Source of the DNA: Lingula anatina | Lineage: Eukaryota; Animalia; Brachiopoda | Length of the DNA: 64,000 nucleotides | NCBI GenBank assembly: GCA_051362555.1 | Contig: CM120642.1 | Location: forward strand, 33,294,001-33,358,000 | Reading direction: 5' to 3' | Part shown: positions 40,351-54,200 of the stretch, one piece after another | Layout of the letters: each line of letters starts with the position of its first letter | How positions within the stretch are numbered: the stretch's first letter is position 1 | Notes under the pieces: model-generated | The model's input: the letters and a program-made list of their open reading frames with translations, nothing else | Database searches by the model: none | What the model was told of the DNA's origin: nothing | Position numbers and translations under genes: made by a program

Positions 40351-41294
40351 GCTTGACTCTATGGTGAGACTGCTTTTGATATCTGAAAAATATTATGATT
40401 AAGTTTCTTATGAATATTCAAACTTTAAACGACTCTTCGAATGACGAGACTGAAACACAAGCTGTGTATTGTACAGTGTAGCGGTGTTTTGAAGTGGACC
40501 TTCTGGTTATGTAATGCACTCACTGCTCTTTGCGGACACGCAGTGATGTGAAATAAGTCCACATTCTTTTTAATTTGTGTATAGATATTTCAAGGCTTGT
40601 GTTTCTTTTGTATTAACAGTTTAACAAGTATGAAATATTGCACATAAATTATACATAGTTGATGATGAAACAAAGTGCATTTCAGTTCCACAGATAAAAT
40701 GTTTACATTTGACTGGGGTTAAGACAACATTATACAGGAAGGTCATATGTCACAGTAAAATGATGATATTTTCATGTATGTGTTTTAGCTTATACTTGGA
40801 TTTTGTTCTAGTGAATTTTACATGTTATAATTTAGCATTTGGAAAATTTATTGTTGTCTTTCACGACAATTAAATGATCTTTATTAGGGATGGAAAAAAG
40901 CAAGATTCAGATAAACATTCTGGCCCAATCCAGTTTATTTCAAGTATGAGTGTCTTGTCCTTGGAGTTGCATAATATATAGAATCTCTACATATAAATTT
41001 AAAAGCTACACTTATTTCCTATTTGTCAAAATAGCTGAATTCAGCTCTCATAGGTTGATATGCCATATTTCCACGTTCCAGCTGTAGCAGTATATAGAAA
41101 TCCATCTTCAGATCAGACATAATGTTGTTTAAATCCCTTAAGTATAAATTTGAAATTAAACACATTTCCTATTTGTTACAATCATCATGTTGAATACTGT
41201 AAAAGTTCTCATTCACCTGTAGATTGACATGCTATATACACTTCCATATTCCAGCAGTAGCAGTAAATAGATATCCACCTCCAGACCAGCCATT

Positions 41295-42243
41295 ATGTTG
41301 CGTGCGGGGAGAATACTGCTGTGTGGGCAGAACGCGGCCAGGAGGCGCTGGACCCCCGTGCTCAGCAGATTCTGTACTCAGAGCGTGCAGAGTGGAGTGC
41401 CTTATGAGTAAATCAACTTTTTATTAAGATATATCTCTGCTTTTAGTCTGGTTTTCAATTACAACAATTCTGGGTATAAAAAAATTCACTTGCCAACCAG
41501 CATCATTCAACAGGAAGTTATTATATTGCCTGCTAGCAGAAATGTAAATATTTCATGCTTTGTAGCCAGAATATGCTGGTGTCATTATTTCTTTATTTGA
41601 ATTAAAATTTGTCACAGTGGATCTGCTTTTTTGGCATGCTTGATGCAGCATTCAAGAGCTGTTCGTAGGGGGGCAATTTGAATTTTAATTAAAAAAATTA
41701 ATCTCATTATGTACAAAGGTTAGATTAAACAAGATGCATATATCGTAAATAACTGATCATCTTCCAAAAGCTCAAAAACACTTTAAATTTGCCCACTTGT
41801 TCTTCTCAACAGTATTGACAATAATGTAGTATTTATATATTACTGTAAAACGTGTGTGTACCCCACTTTGTTTACCATAATTTTGTTTACTCTTGTTTCA
41901 TTAGACATCAGCTGAAAGATCACACAAAAGATGCGCCCACAGAGGTCCCGGCGTCGGCAGATGTGGTGATTGTAGGGGGAGGTGTTATAGGGTGCGCCAC
42001 CATGTATTACCTCACCAAGATGGGCCAAACTAATGTTGTATTACTGGAGAAAGATGATCTAACAGCTGGGACAACTTGGCACACTGCTGGTAAGCTTACA
42101 AATGATCTAGTGAAATATTAGAATTATATCAATAACCAGACATGAGTTATTTCTGCGGAAACACAGAATTCCACGTTTTTTAATTCACTTCTAAGGCGGC
42201 ACTTGGCCCGCTGGCAGGTTAGGTGTCCATGATAAATGTTCAG

Positions 42244-42286
<43 letters not shown>

Positions 42287-45200
42287 CTAGGCTCATATCT
42301 GATAACCCTGTGTTATAATTTTATTTTAAATCAACCCATTGAAAAATGAAAATACTCTGCTTTCTAAACGGTATTATTAGCAGTCACAGAAATCTGATAA
42401 GTAAATAAATCCCCTTTTTGTTCACTTGTACCCTTTACTCCTACACACACATGGTGAATATAGTTCATCTCTTATTGTAAACCAACTCTTCACTTTGGAA
42501 TCATGAAGGTTACTTCATTGAATATTCATCTCAGATGTTGCTGTTGGTGATGTGTAGCATAAAATACCAGAACAGAAGTCAGAATAGATATAATATATGT
42601 CCTTTCAGGCTTAGTGTGGCGTCTTCGGCCCAATGATGTTGACATCCAGCTCCTGAACCGTAGTCGTGACCTGATGCAGGAGTTAGAAGAGGAGACAGGG
42701 GTCAACCCTGGCTGGATTAACAACGGGGGGCTCTTTATCGCCTCCAGGAAGGAAAGACTGGATGAGTACAAGAGACTACACACAGTGAGTACTTCAACCC
42801 ACTGATAGTTATAATAATGATAATATTTATTGCTTAGAACCCTGCTACACTCATGCAAGCATGCTAAAACTATGGGTCCTACTGGCCATGACGGATAAAA
42901 TTTCCAAGAACTGCTAAAAGTTACTAGGTTTGTTTAGGGGCATTTGAAATTTATGGTCAGTTGTCAAAAAGTCTTTTAGTTTTAATTTTCAAAAGTACCA
43001 GGTGTTTTTAAAGGTCTTTAATATGTCTGCACATGTTTAGGTACTGAAATTTTAAAAGCAGTATTTAAGTCACAGCAAGTACCAGATATTGACTCAGTTT
43101 ACTGCTATTTCCAGCTTGGCAAAGTATTTGGTATAGTGAACCAGGTGTTTTTAAAGGTCTTTAATATGTCTGCACATGTTTGGGTACTGAAATTTTAAAA
43201 GCAGTAATTAAGTCACAGCAAGTACCAGATATTGCTGGGATAGTGCTAACACTCGCCAATTTAGCCAAATGCTAAAACTGACTGAAATTGGCAAAACAAA
43301 TTGGAGTTGATTTGACTCATTTTAGTCAAATTTAAACCATTTGGAGAAAAAAGCAATGAAAAAGTAATTTGGCTAAACGAAAAAAATTGCAATAGCGCCA
43401 CCCCAGTATTGACTCAGTTTACTGCTATTTCCAGCTTGGCAAAGTATTTGGTATTGAGTCCCACGTGTTGGGCCCCTCCGAGACCAAAAAGCTGTACCCT
43501 CTGCTTAATGTGGACGACGTCTACGGCACTGTGTACAGTCCAGGAGATGGAACCATAGACCCCGCGGGCTACTGCACGGCGCTCACACGTGCTGCTACAC
43601 GACTGGGAGGGAAGGTGAGAATGGCCCCATTCAGAATAGGGGAATTACTAGTCCGAGGGTCAAATATGGCCGATCCTCTTGAATACTTCCCCACGGGATA
43701 TCTATTCAGTTTCTATTAGCGGATTAGACAGCAAGCTTTGTAGTGGGCTGCCATATTTGATCCTCTGACAAGTTAGTCCCCTATTCTGAATGGGGCCAAT
43801 ATTGTAGAGTGTTGCAGTATTCAGCAGTGTTACAGGGCTGACAGCTCTATACTTTACCACGGATCATTTCAAGGTTGAGAAGATTGCTTTTCTTGCCTTG
43901 AATATAAACAGCGATGACAAAATTTTACCATGTACGTACATTGGTTTTGCACTGTGTCTCTGCACAGCTTATTCCCTGAAGTTACAAACACTGTTCCGTG
44001 TCAATATTATTGGCAATTAATGCCTTATTTTATTCAAATTCTGTGGCTATTATTTCTGCACTATGTTTGCTTCACATTTTCTTGCTGTCAGGTGCTGACC
44101 AAGTGTGCAGTGACCGGTATAGATGTCCAGACTGATGACTTTGGCACCAGGAGGGTCCAGGCTGTCCAGACGTCCAGTGGGACCATCAAAACTAACTGTG
44201 TGGTCAATTGTACAGGTATATCACATATATTTATGAGAGGATAAAAGTCAATAAACACATGCACACATACACATGTTTGCGCTCTTTCACTTGCTCTCTC
44301 TCATCATGCATATAAAGCTTATTAGAATCCCACACTTTATGTCAAAGACCTTGAAATGTGACGAGTATACTAATAAATGTACGGTTTCTGCAGGATCAAC
44401 TCTGCTTAAAGCATCTATACAAAAAAGCTTTATTGCTCCTTTAAATTTAAGCTAAATTAAGTAAAATCTCTATGTCATTAATATCTAGGTGTCTGGGCAC
44501 CCAAGATTGGTAAAATGGCAGGTGTAAAGACCCCATTGGTTGCTATGCGCCATGCGTACGTGGTGACGGAGAGGATCGAGGGGATTCAGAACATGCCCAA
44601 TGTACGAGACCATGATGCCTCAGTCTACCTCAAACTGCAGGGCGATGCCTTGCAAGTCGGTGGCTATGAACCTAACCCCATATTTTGGGAAGATGTAAGT
44701 AATAAGATGTTAGAAAGCAGAGCCTGAAATAAAGTTTTCTGTTAGATGAAACATATTTACCAATTTAGAGAACTTGAGATTAAAAAAGTAATGAAATGAG
44801 GGTGAATGTGAGTAATTGGATTTGAGGTTTAAGGGGAAAAAGTAAATTTGTATAGTCAGCCTGCAGGAGTGATTCTTAAAAATTTTTGCTTAATTTTGTT
44901 AGAAAATAAAACAACAAACAAAACATCCATTTGATGTTTGGCCTATGTGATAATGTTTGTATAATGTGTACAATAAATGTTATAAAATATACTATCTTTA
45001 AGATGTTATTTCTATACTTAGGTTAAGGATGACTTTGCATTCAGCCTGTTTGACCTGGACTGGGATGTGTTCAGTGTTCATATAGAGGGCGCAGTGAACA
45101 GAGTTCCCAAGATAGGAGACACCGGAATCAAGTCTACAGTCTGTGGGCCAGGTAAAAACAGGGACAGCCGACCATAAGTTCATTTGTTCTTTTAGTCTTA

Positions 45201-48200
45201 TCACCTCAGTTATTTTAGTTTGTACGTAGAACTTGGATTTCCCTATCAACAAAGGTGTAAGTGATGTAACATGCAAATTTTTCTGTCATATTTATCTTTT
45301 ATTATCTATTATCTATCATGTTTTTCTTCAATAAGAAAATTATTGAATTATAGTGAATAATTTTTGCATACATTAACTTAAAGAATTAGATCAAAAATAT
45401 AAGAAGTAAATGCATGCATGTGTTTTGTATTGTTTTATATTTCAGAGTCGTTCACCCCTGATCACAAAGCTCTCCTTGGAGAGGCGCCAGAAGTGAGGGG
45501 ATTTTTTCACGGTTGTGGGTTTAACAGCTTAGGAATGAACTTAAGTAAGTCCTGAAATTTCTTCTCAGAAATTCGTTATCAATTTTAACCAATCACCACT
45601 TTCAGAGGCATTTACTCCTGATCACCAGCCGTTGCTAGGGGAGGCGGTGGAGGTTCGAGGTTTCTACCACGCCTGTGGTTTTAACAGTTTTGGGATGAAC
45701 AAGAGTGAGTTAACAGTCTAAGACTGAGTTCCCATACCTAGATCGATCTAACAGGATCGATCCATCTCCAAGGTTTTTCTCACTAAAATTGCTTTCAGCT
45801 TGAGCGCGTAGTTGTCTGGCACACCTACTGAAGCTGCTAAACGATAATTAATTACTCCATAGCAGCTTCAGTAGGCTTGACAGACATCTAAGCTGCTTAA
45901 GTTGATTGCAATTTAACAAAAAACCTCTGGAAGATATATCGATCCATATGTAGTACGATAGGGTCTGGGAATGGTCCCTAAAGCCAGTGCATGCTTCTCA
46001 TCATGTCTTCTCCCAGCTGGCTGGATGATTTAGTGTAATAGGCCAGATTTTCTAGAACCATCTTTGCTATATACGTATGCTGGTGGCAGGCTTGATGTTG
46101 GTCCCAGTGTCATGTGACAGAAGTTGTCTTGTTGGTCTTGGCAGTCTGTCCAGTGATGTGTTATTACCCTCGTTTGATTTTCCAGGTAGCTTCATCAGTG
46201 TTGACATGTGATTGTTTGATTGGTGGTATGAAGACTTGGTGTGTGTTGTTTGAAAATGATGAAAATCAGTGAACTTTTTATATTTGAAATACACAGCTAT
46301 TATTATCTGCATGTGTGTACAACCACATGTATATACACCTCTCCATGGTAATCTTTCTTGAATTTTTGATAAGCTCAATGCGATAACATTTATAAAATTT
46401 TGTTTAAAATTCTACATATAGCACCTGGAGTGAACCAGTTTGATTTGATTAAAAATTTTGTTTGTGCACGCATGCATGGATCTAAACTTATAGTTTTGAA
46501 TATTATAGTGTGTAGGAAGTAGAAACTAGTAATTATTATTACCTTGCTAGTCATCTGCTTGACATATGTGTATGAATTAAGTTATAACAAAGATGTATGA
46601 AAAGAAAAAAAACCTGACCATACTTTCCCTGTTTAGGTGCAGGCTGTGCCAAGCAGCTAGCTGACTGGATCATACAGGGACGACCAACACTGGACATGTA
46701 CGGCTATGATATCAGGTGAGCAAACGCATGGACCTTGATTTATTTTTGGTCACAAAGTTGAGCTAAGAAATTAAGGTCTTATTAAATGTTAGATAAGAGA
46801 TTGGAGCAATTTGAGTAGATAGTTTGTCAAAATTAAAATGGCAATTTGGTGTAGTTGAAAAAGTACTTTTAGTGCTTATTCTTTCTATTTGTAAGTTTGT
46901 GTACTGCTGCTTTAGAAAAAAAAAACTACTTAAATAGTCATGCAGTAAGAAACGCTGTATATTTATTTTTTTCATTTTTATACTTCAGACGTTTCACAGA
47001 AAAGCTAACAGACAACTACAAGTGGATCGTAGAGAGGAGCCATGAGGCATATGCCAAAAACTACTCCATAGTTTACCCTCATGATGAGCCCCTGGCCTGT
47101 AGAAATATGAGGAAAGATGCCCTCACTGATGTAAGACCGCGGAAAGGTTTTCACATTTAAAACATTCATTTTCTTAAAATATATAGTGCATGTTTAAATG
47201 ATCAATAATGTTTAGTTCAGAATACTTGGATATTATAAACAAAAGAATGGTATTTTCATTGACTAAAAGATGAAGAGAAAGTGTTCTGTTCCATGTATAT
47301 CTTTTTGTCTATTTAGGATACTTGAAGTTTGTAAAGCTTATGTGCAATCAAAGACAAAGAATGTAAGGAACAAAAGAAGCTAAATTTTTATATTTAACCC
47401 TGTCTGTTTTAACAGAAATAGGAATTGCTAATCATTTTTCTTTTTCTCTGCCATGTTTAGACACTGGAGGAAGCTGGATGTGTGTTTGAAGAGAGACAAG
47501 GCTGGGAAAGACCTGGGTGGTATTCCCCCCAGGGTCCTGCTAAGGTAATAGTTTATATACATATAGATATTATAGATATAGATGTGGGTGGTATTCCCCC
47601 CAGGGTCCTGCTAAGGTAATAATTTATATACATATAGATAAGATAGATATAGATGTGGTTGGTATTCCCCCCAGGGTCCTGCTAAGGTAATAGTTTATAT
47701 ACATATAGATAAGATAGATATAGATGTGGGTGGTATTCCCCCCAGGGTCCTGCTAAGGTAATAGTTTATATACATATAGATATGATAGATATAGATATTA
47801 TAGATATAGATGTGGGTGGTATTCCCCCCAGGGTCCTGCTAAGGTAATAGTTTATATACATATAGATAAGATAGATATAGATGTGGTTGGTATTCCCCCC
47901 AGGGTCCTGCTAAGGTAATAATTTATATACATATAGATAAGATAGATATAGATGTGGGTGGTATTCCCCCCAGGGTCCTGCTAAGGTAATAGTTTATATA
48001 CATATAGATATTTTAGTATCCCAACAACTGTATAATCGTAAACATTGCATGAAATGTGCTCAATTTGTTAATTCATTTGTAATGAATTTAAGATGTGCAT
48101 ATTGATGATTTTGAAGCAATATCTATTACTCCGAGTAAAGTGACTCTGTTGTGCACTGTTAGCTTTTAATTAAATTTTAAATGAGTATTTTTATTTCCTC

Positions 48201-51200
48201 AGCGGCTGAGCTATGATTACTATGGTTCCTATGACTACCAACTCCATGATCCTAATACTTACTATGAGCGACTGCAGAATGACTATACCTTTGACTTCCC
48301 TGTGCAGCATGATATTGTTAGTACAGAAATTACTTGTCATTTTCATTGGGGAAAAATAGTGGATTTTACAGATACTGTATTTTTTAGATCATAATTTCTT
48401 TAAATTAGAATGTATCTATTGAATGCCACTCTGTAATTCTATTCTTTGTAGTAAAAGCACCACAAATGCTTTTTTCAAGATTAAAAATCTGTCAAGTGAT
48501 TCAGAGAAAAATTTCATCAGCTGTGTTGTGTTTTAAGAATAAAGTTGTAATTTTTCCTTCAGTCAGTAGCCGATATTGAAATTGCTTTTTGCAATATATG
48601 AATGTCTGTCCAGAGAATCTTTACAGTGAATTAGGCTATTCAGGTGAATAGCCTCTGTCCATCCCCTTTGAGTAATATATATTGTAGGCTGGCGTCCTTT
48701 TTCAAGTTGATCTTGATATGAACATGCCTTGAAAAAGATTATTTTATTACTTAATTTGTGCTGTATGCATGAATCTTCTTCCAAATTTTCACAGCAGTTT
48801 TTGCTCTTTTAGGTATTCAATCATACATGTGAAAATCTGAAAGCATTCTGAGATATATATTTTAGTAAATTTTCCATTGGCAGATTGGCAAGGAGTGTCT
48901 TACGTGCAGAGAGTCAGTGGCCATCTTCAACATGTCGTACTTTGGCAAGTATTACTTAGTGGGGCCTGACGCACAGAAAGCTGCAGACTGGATCTTCAGT
49001 AATGATATGCAGAAACCTGAAGGTAAGTTTAATAAAATAATTCTAATCAACTGTTTATCAAAACAATTGTTGAAAAGACACAATATTCAATATTTGTGGA
49101 AATAGGACTTTTTCTCTTTCTAAATACAATAAACATACATACTCTCATCTGTTTTGCTTTAGTAAATATAAATAAATTTTGATTAGAACTAAGTTTATAT
49201 TATATGATAGTCTCTCTGGGCTCTGACAGCCCAGTTTAAGGGGTCAATCCCCCCCCCCCCTCTGGACTTGCCTTGGCCAAACTTATTTCAGCAGTTTTCT
49301 AAAATGTCTTGACATTTTTGTTAAACATGCGCTCTTGATCTTTGAAAAAAAATTGAAAACTTATAATGGTAATAGTTATGTAATGAATAGAAAATTTTCT
49401 TTCTATGTAGGTCACACTGTATATACTTGTATGCTAAACCAGGCAGGAGGTGTGGAGGCAGATTTAACTGTCAGTGCTATTGAACCAGGCTCGGGAGGAC
49501 CTCATGCACCCAAGTTTGAAGGTAATGGGTGACACAGATTTAAACAATCTTCCCTGATTTTTAAACAGTGGACATTCAATAAATACATGTATTTTATCTT
49601 TTACCTTATCTTTGACAACACAAACATACTCTATCCTTCTCTTGTTTTCCTTCATGTTTGTCAGTTTCTATCTTAAGTGGTTCTGATCCACATGTAAACT
49701 TTGCAAAGCTGCTTCTGTATTTTGAAGTTATTTTACTTTGTACAATTGTTCTGTTTTCAGGGAAAACATGTTTTCACAATAAGCCCATCTAACAAAAATA
49801 TTTAAGTCGGAAATTGTTGAAATTGTTTTGAAAATTTTAAAACCCCCTTCATTCTTCATGCCCGTCCCTGATTTCTGATGGTTACGTAATTGTTGCTATT
49901 CCAGGTCGAGGTTTCTACCTGGCGGCAGGGGGCGGGGCGGCCCAGCAGAACTACTCACACATCCAGACGGTGATCCAGGACCAGAAGTTTAACTGTCATC
50001 TCATTGACCACTCCGACGACATGGCACTCATGAGTATTCAGGGACCCAAAAGGTGAGATTGTGAGACGAGTTGAAAACCAGACAAACTGAGGCAACAAAA
50101 AAAGGCCTAGAAATGTTTATCTTAGTTAATGCTGTTTTCAAGTGATTCTAAGTCCAATTTCTTTCATTCTTTTACAAAGTCAGTCTCAGTCTGTGCATAA
50201 TTTCTTTGCCAATTACACGTTTCTAAGATAATAAGCCTCTTGCAACAAGATGACTACATGTTGACTTGTAAGGTTTACTGAATAGCTTGCCCTCCATAAG
50301 CTAAAGATTGCTGCAGATTAAGCTTTCAGACCTATTGAATTTTAACTTTTACCAATGAAATGATTTGAATATGATTTTCATGTAAAATAAGTCACGTTCT
50401 AGTAATCTTAAAGAATAGGGAGTTGCTAGTCAAGGTCTGGTTGTCCCAAGTAATTGTGTTAGGAGAGATGGACTGATTGTGTTTTGTACTGGAATTGCTA
50501 CCCTCAGAAACATGCTGCCTTTAGAAATTTTGCCAATGGCTAAAGATTTTGTATTTTGGCAAAGAAGCAAGAAGTAAAATTGGTTTAATCTGCTCATTTG
50601 CCATTGATTTGGTTAAGAATTGTTTTGATTGTATTATTTAAAGTACTTGTTTAAAACGAAAATACCTCTGCAGTGCTGTCATAGCCCAGTGGCTGTTTAG
50701 TTTTCAAATTCTCGTTTACCACCAGGCATCCTAACTTGGAACATGATTGCAAAAATGAGTCAGAAAAGATTATTTTAAAGAAACTGAGTGTATACTTACA
50801 GTAAAATTTTAAACCAAATTTTTATATAGCTTTTATACAACTACTTAATTATTAAAGTTTTATGTGAAAAGTGTTTGTCTTTAATAGGCAGTGGCAGAAA
50901 CGGGTTAATTGATTTCTGCTATAGATTTTTATAACTTGATTGAAGAAATTAAATCATGTTTTCTGGATATCTTCTAAAAGATGAATATAAAAAGTTGCCC
51001 ATATCATTATTGCTTAAAGTCTTTTTTTTTTTTGGTGGGGGGAGTATTAAGTCATGTCCAGGTATCTTTTTGCAAGGTGTAAGAATCCCTTACACCTAAG
51101 TTAATTAAACATGGAAAATGCTTTATGTTACATAGTACTAATAATGATTTTCCCAAACATTTCTCCCATGAATATGTACTGCCTGGAGTGAGATCAGGCC

Positions 51201-54200
51201 TTTGTCCTCCTCCGTAGCCCTTACATTGTCTCCGCCGTCAGCCATATTGACACACAGCGCGGGGGGAGAGATGGGGGTATTATGAGGCCCGGGAGCGTAC
51301 GGTGTGCTTAGTGTCACGTTCTGTTGACTTTATAACCGGGATTAACTGTGTTCAAGATCAGGTGTTAAGTAGCTACAAACATTTGGGGGCGTGTTCACAC
51401 TTCTGCAAATCTGATTCAGTCTTTTACAAATTCAGCGGTTATGATTGCAACCAAGTTGATGTCTGCACAGCATAAGTCCTTTGCTCCTTGAAAGATGCAG
51501 GGATGGGCTGAATGAGTGATATAAGTTATATGGAAAGTTATGCTGGGCAGGTAGAGGCTTGATTGCAATCCACTTGCTGTAATTATTCAGAATAAAACGG
51601 GCATTTTTGTCAGCTCCTGCTGTGGACATGGTCATGGCAGCCGGATTGTGTTAACAGTGTGAAGATACTTAACTGGTTACTGCATATAGTCCTAGCAGAG
51701 CTGTGTAGTGAAGGAAATGGAAAGTAAACTGTTTATATAAAAGAGCAATGAAACATGGCTGAGAGACCGGAGAATGGAGCTTTGTGTGTCATTTAGGTCT
51801 GAACCATTTCTTGGTCAAATATGTGCCTTTCACTTACTTCACCAAGTCACGTTTAGATCTTAGATGTTAAATAAAAACTTTTCATTTCCTGTCTGTAAGT
51901 AGCCCTTGAGATTTACGCTAAGACTTGACATTAGTTACTTGAAAACTGCTAAAAGCTAATAGCTACAAGGACAATATGTCACCTCGCTTGAATACTCTGC
52001 TTGTCTTGCAGTTCCATAAATTCATAGTATTTTTTTTTCAAATTTATTTTATTTTAGATGAATGTAAAAAATGTTAATATTTTCTCAAAGAACTGAGCAA
52101 ACAAACATTTTTAACCAGAATACTGGAATTAGAGGACATTGCATATTACTTAAAATGCTGTACTTTTCTATGAAAACTAGTCAAAGTAGCCACATTTTCT
52201 GCACATTTATTCAGTCCTCTGCATTTCATCTTCTGAATGATAGTTTTTAAAGTCTGTACATCTATTGTTAGTCATTCTAATAACAATGAAAACATTCCTC
52301 AAAATTTATAGAATAGATTGCTCTTACTAGTTTTAACAAGTTCTATGTGAAATAGGTGTAAAAGCTTTAAATAACGTGTCGAATATGCCAAATAAAAGAC
52401 CTGCTAGATGAATCCCTGTATTATGATTTCTAAAATGATGAACTTTTTATGAAACTATAGCAGGTGTTGGTGGATGTCAAACAGTAAGATATCCCACACA
52501 ATAGCGTGGAACTCTCCACTCAAGTCATGCTAGTCTGCTACATGATTTATTAAAAAACTAGTTCCATCCTTTGAAATGAAAATACATAAAACATGTTTAG
52601 TAAGTCACTCATAATCAGTCCGCAACTTCTTTATTAAAGATTAAGATTTTCTTGAAATTTAAGTGTATTTTAACCCAGAAGTTCTATTAGCGTGTGCCCG
52701 TTTAACCTAGTAAACCTTGGTAATTTTCTCACTGGGTTATAAGCAAGCAGTCTGGCCTGAAATTGACCACTGTTGACCTGTAGTTGACCTTTAGTACACT
52801 GACCTCATGAAACCAGTGAGGTTTTCTTTCCAAGGGACATGAGAAATCAGCTGGATTAAATACTTCTAATCCGGAATAACCTGTTCAGTCATTGGGATCG
52901 ACACGGGCAGATCCCAGAGATCTTAATAGGAGTAAAAAAATGAAGTGATCAGAATGATATTTTTTGGAATCTACCTTATGATATGTGGGTCCCCAACCAA
53001 AAGTAGAAAAGATACGGAAATTTGCATCTCCTCCCCTATGTCTTTTTTTGAGATTTACTACATGTTCAGTTTAATATGGTAGAGTAAAATAAATTGTCAG
53101 GGATGGGTATGATAAGAGTTAATACAGCAAAAATGACACTTTAAAAAAAAATGTATAATTCCTAGCTCTGACACATGGATGGTCATGAAGAGTTGATGAG
53201 GGGGAGGGGGATAGAAGGAAAGATATTCAAATCTGATTGATGATACCTTACATTTAACACACACAGAAATGTTATATATGTTTCTAGTGAATAAAGCCAG
53301 AGAAAATTTATGTATGTTAGGATAAAACTAAGAATTTTTTAGTTTTGATATGAACAGGGAAAGCTGCCCCAGAACTTTCTTGTCCTTAGTTGAGAATAAA
53401 AAGTGGAAATTCAGTATATTTTGGCATTGAGAAGATAACAGAAAAGTTGGTGATTATATGTCGAGTATGTTGGAAACAAATGGGAAGAATGTAAATCTGT
53501 TCAACTGATTGCTGATTGGATTCAGCGAAAGTCACCTTACAAAACTGAAACAATTCACGTCGTAGTTAGACCACACGTGAGATATAGGCAGCTTACTACT
53601 GCCACTGGGAGTTAATGCCAGCTCCGCGGGAACCTCACATTAACACCTGAAAATTGGCAGGGAAGTGACCAAGCACCTGAGCTTAATTACCTGGTCAATG
53701 TTATGTCATACCTGCTCACTTCCTGTACACAGGGACGTAAATGTTTTGTGTACCAGTGAGGCTGAGAAGTGACAAGTTAATTATGGCTGATTACACTTGT
53801 AGAGTCTGAAATATGGACTGCTGATAAGAGTTTGACGGGTTGATAAGAGATCTTCTGTCCAAATTCAGCTCTTTTGGTGTCTGAAAAAATTTGTTGCTGT
53901 ATTAATTTCATGAGATTGTGTGAAGACATGATGAATATCAAATTGGTGTATTTGTTCTTCGAACGTTTTTTTGCAACTCATATTTGGGCTGTGCACTTAG
54001 TTTTGTTATGGGAGGTTTTAAATTTTCTCCCATCTATTTACCAACTTTGTGAAGAAACGTGTCTAATAGATACATGGGGAGGATTTTCTAATCTGGTTGA
54101 CTTTGGGCTAATCAGACTTTACAGCAGATAATCCCAGATCTGATGGCGTGGAATAGTGTTAACATTCCCACAGTTTGTCATCTCCGGCAGTAGAATCACT

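Noticed and set aside
47514-48010. CRISPR-like regular repeat
   Set aside because: Eukaryotic context, spacers are not unique, no cas genes; it is a minisatellite.
51180-51245. Possible nested minus-strand first exon (ATGGCTGACGGCGGAGACAAT|GTAAGG)
   Set aside because: Short, with no downstream exon or homology found; could equally be a regulatory island.
54147-54172. Su(H) paired site (SPS)
   Set aside because: The upstream half (CGTGGAA) is incomplete and the spacing is shorter than the canonical 15-17 bp.
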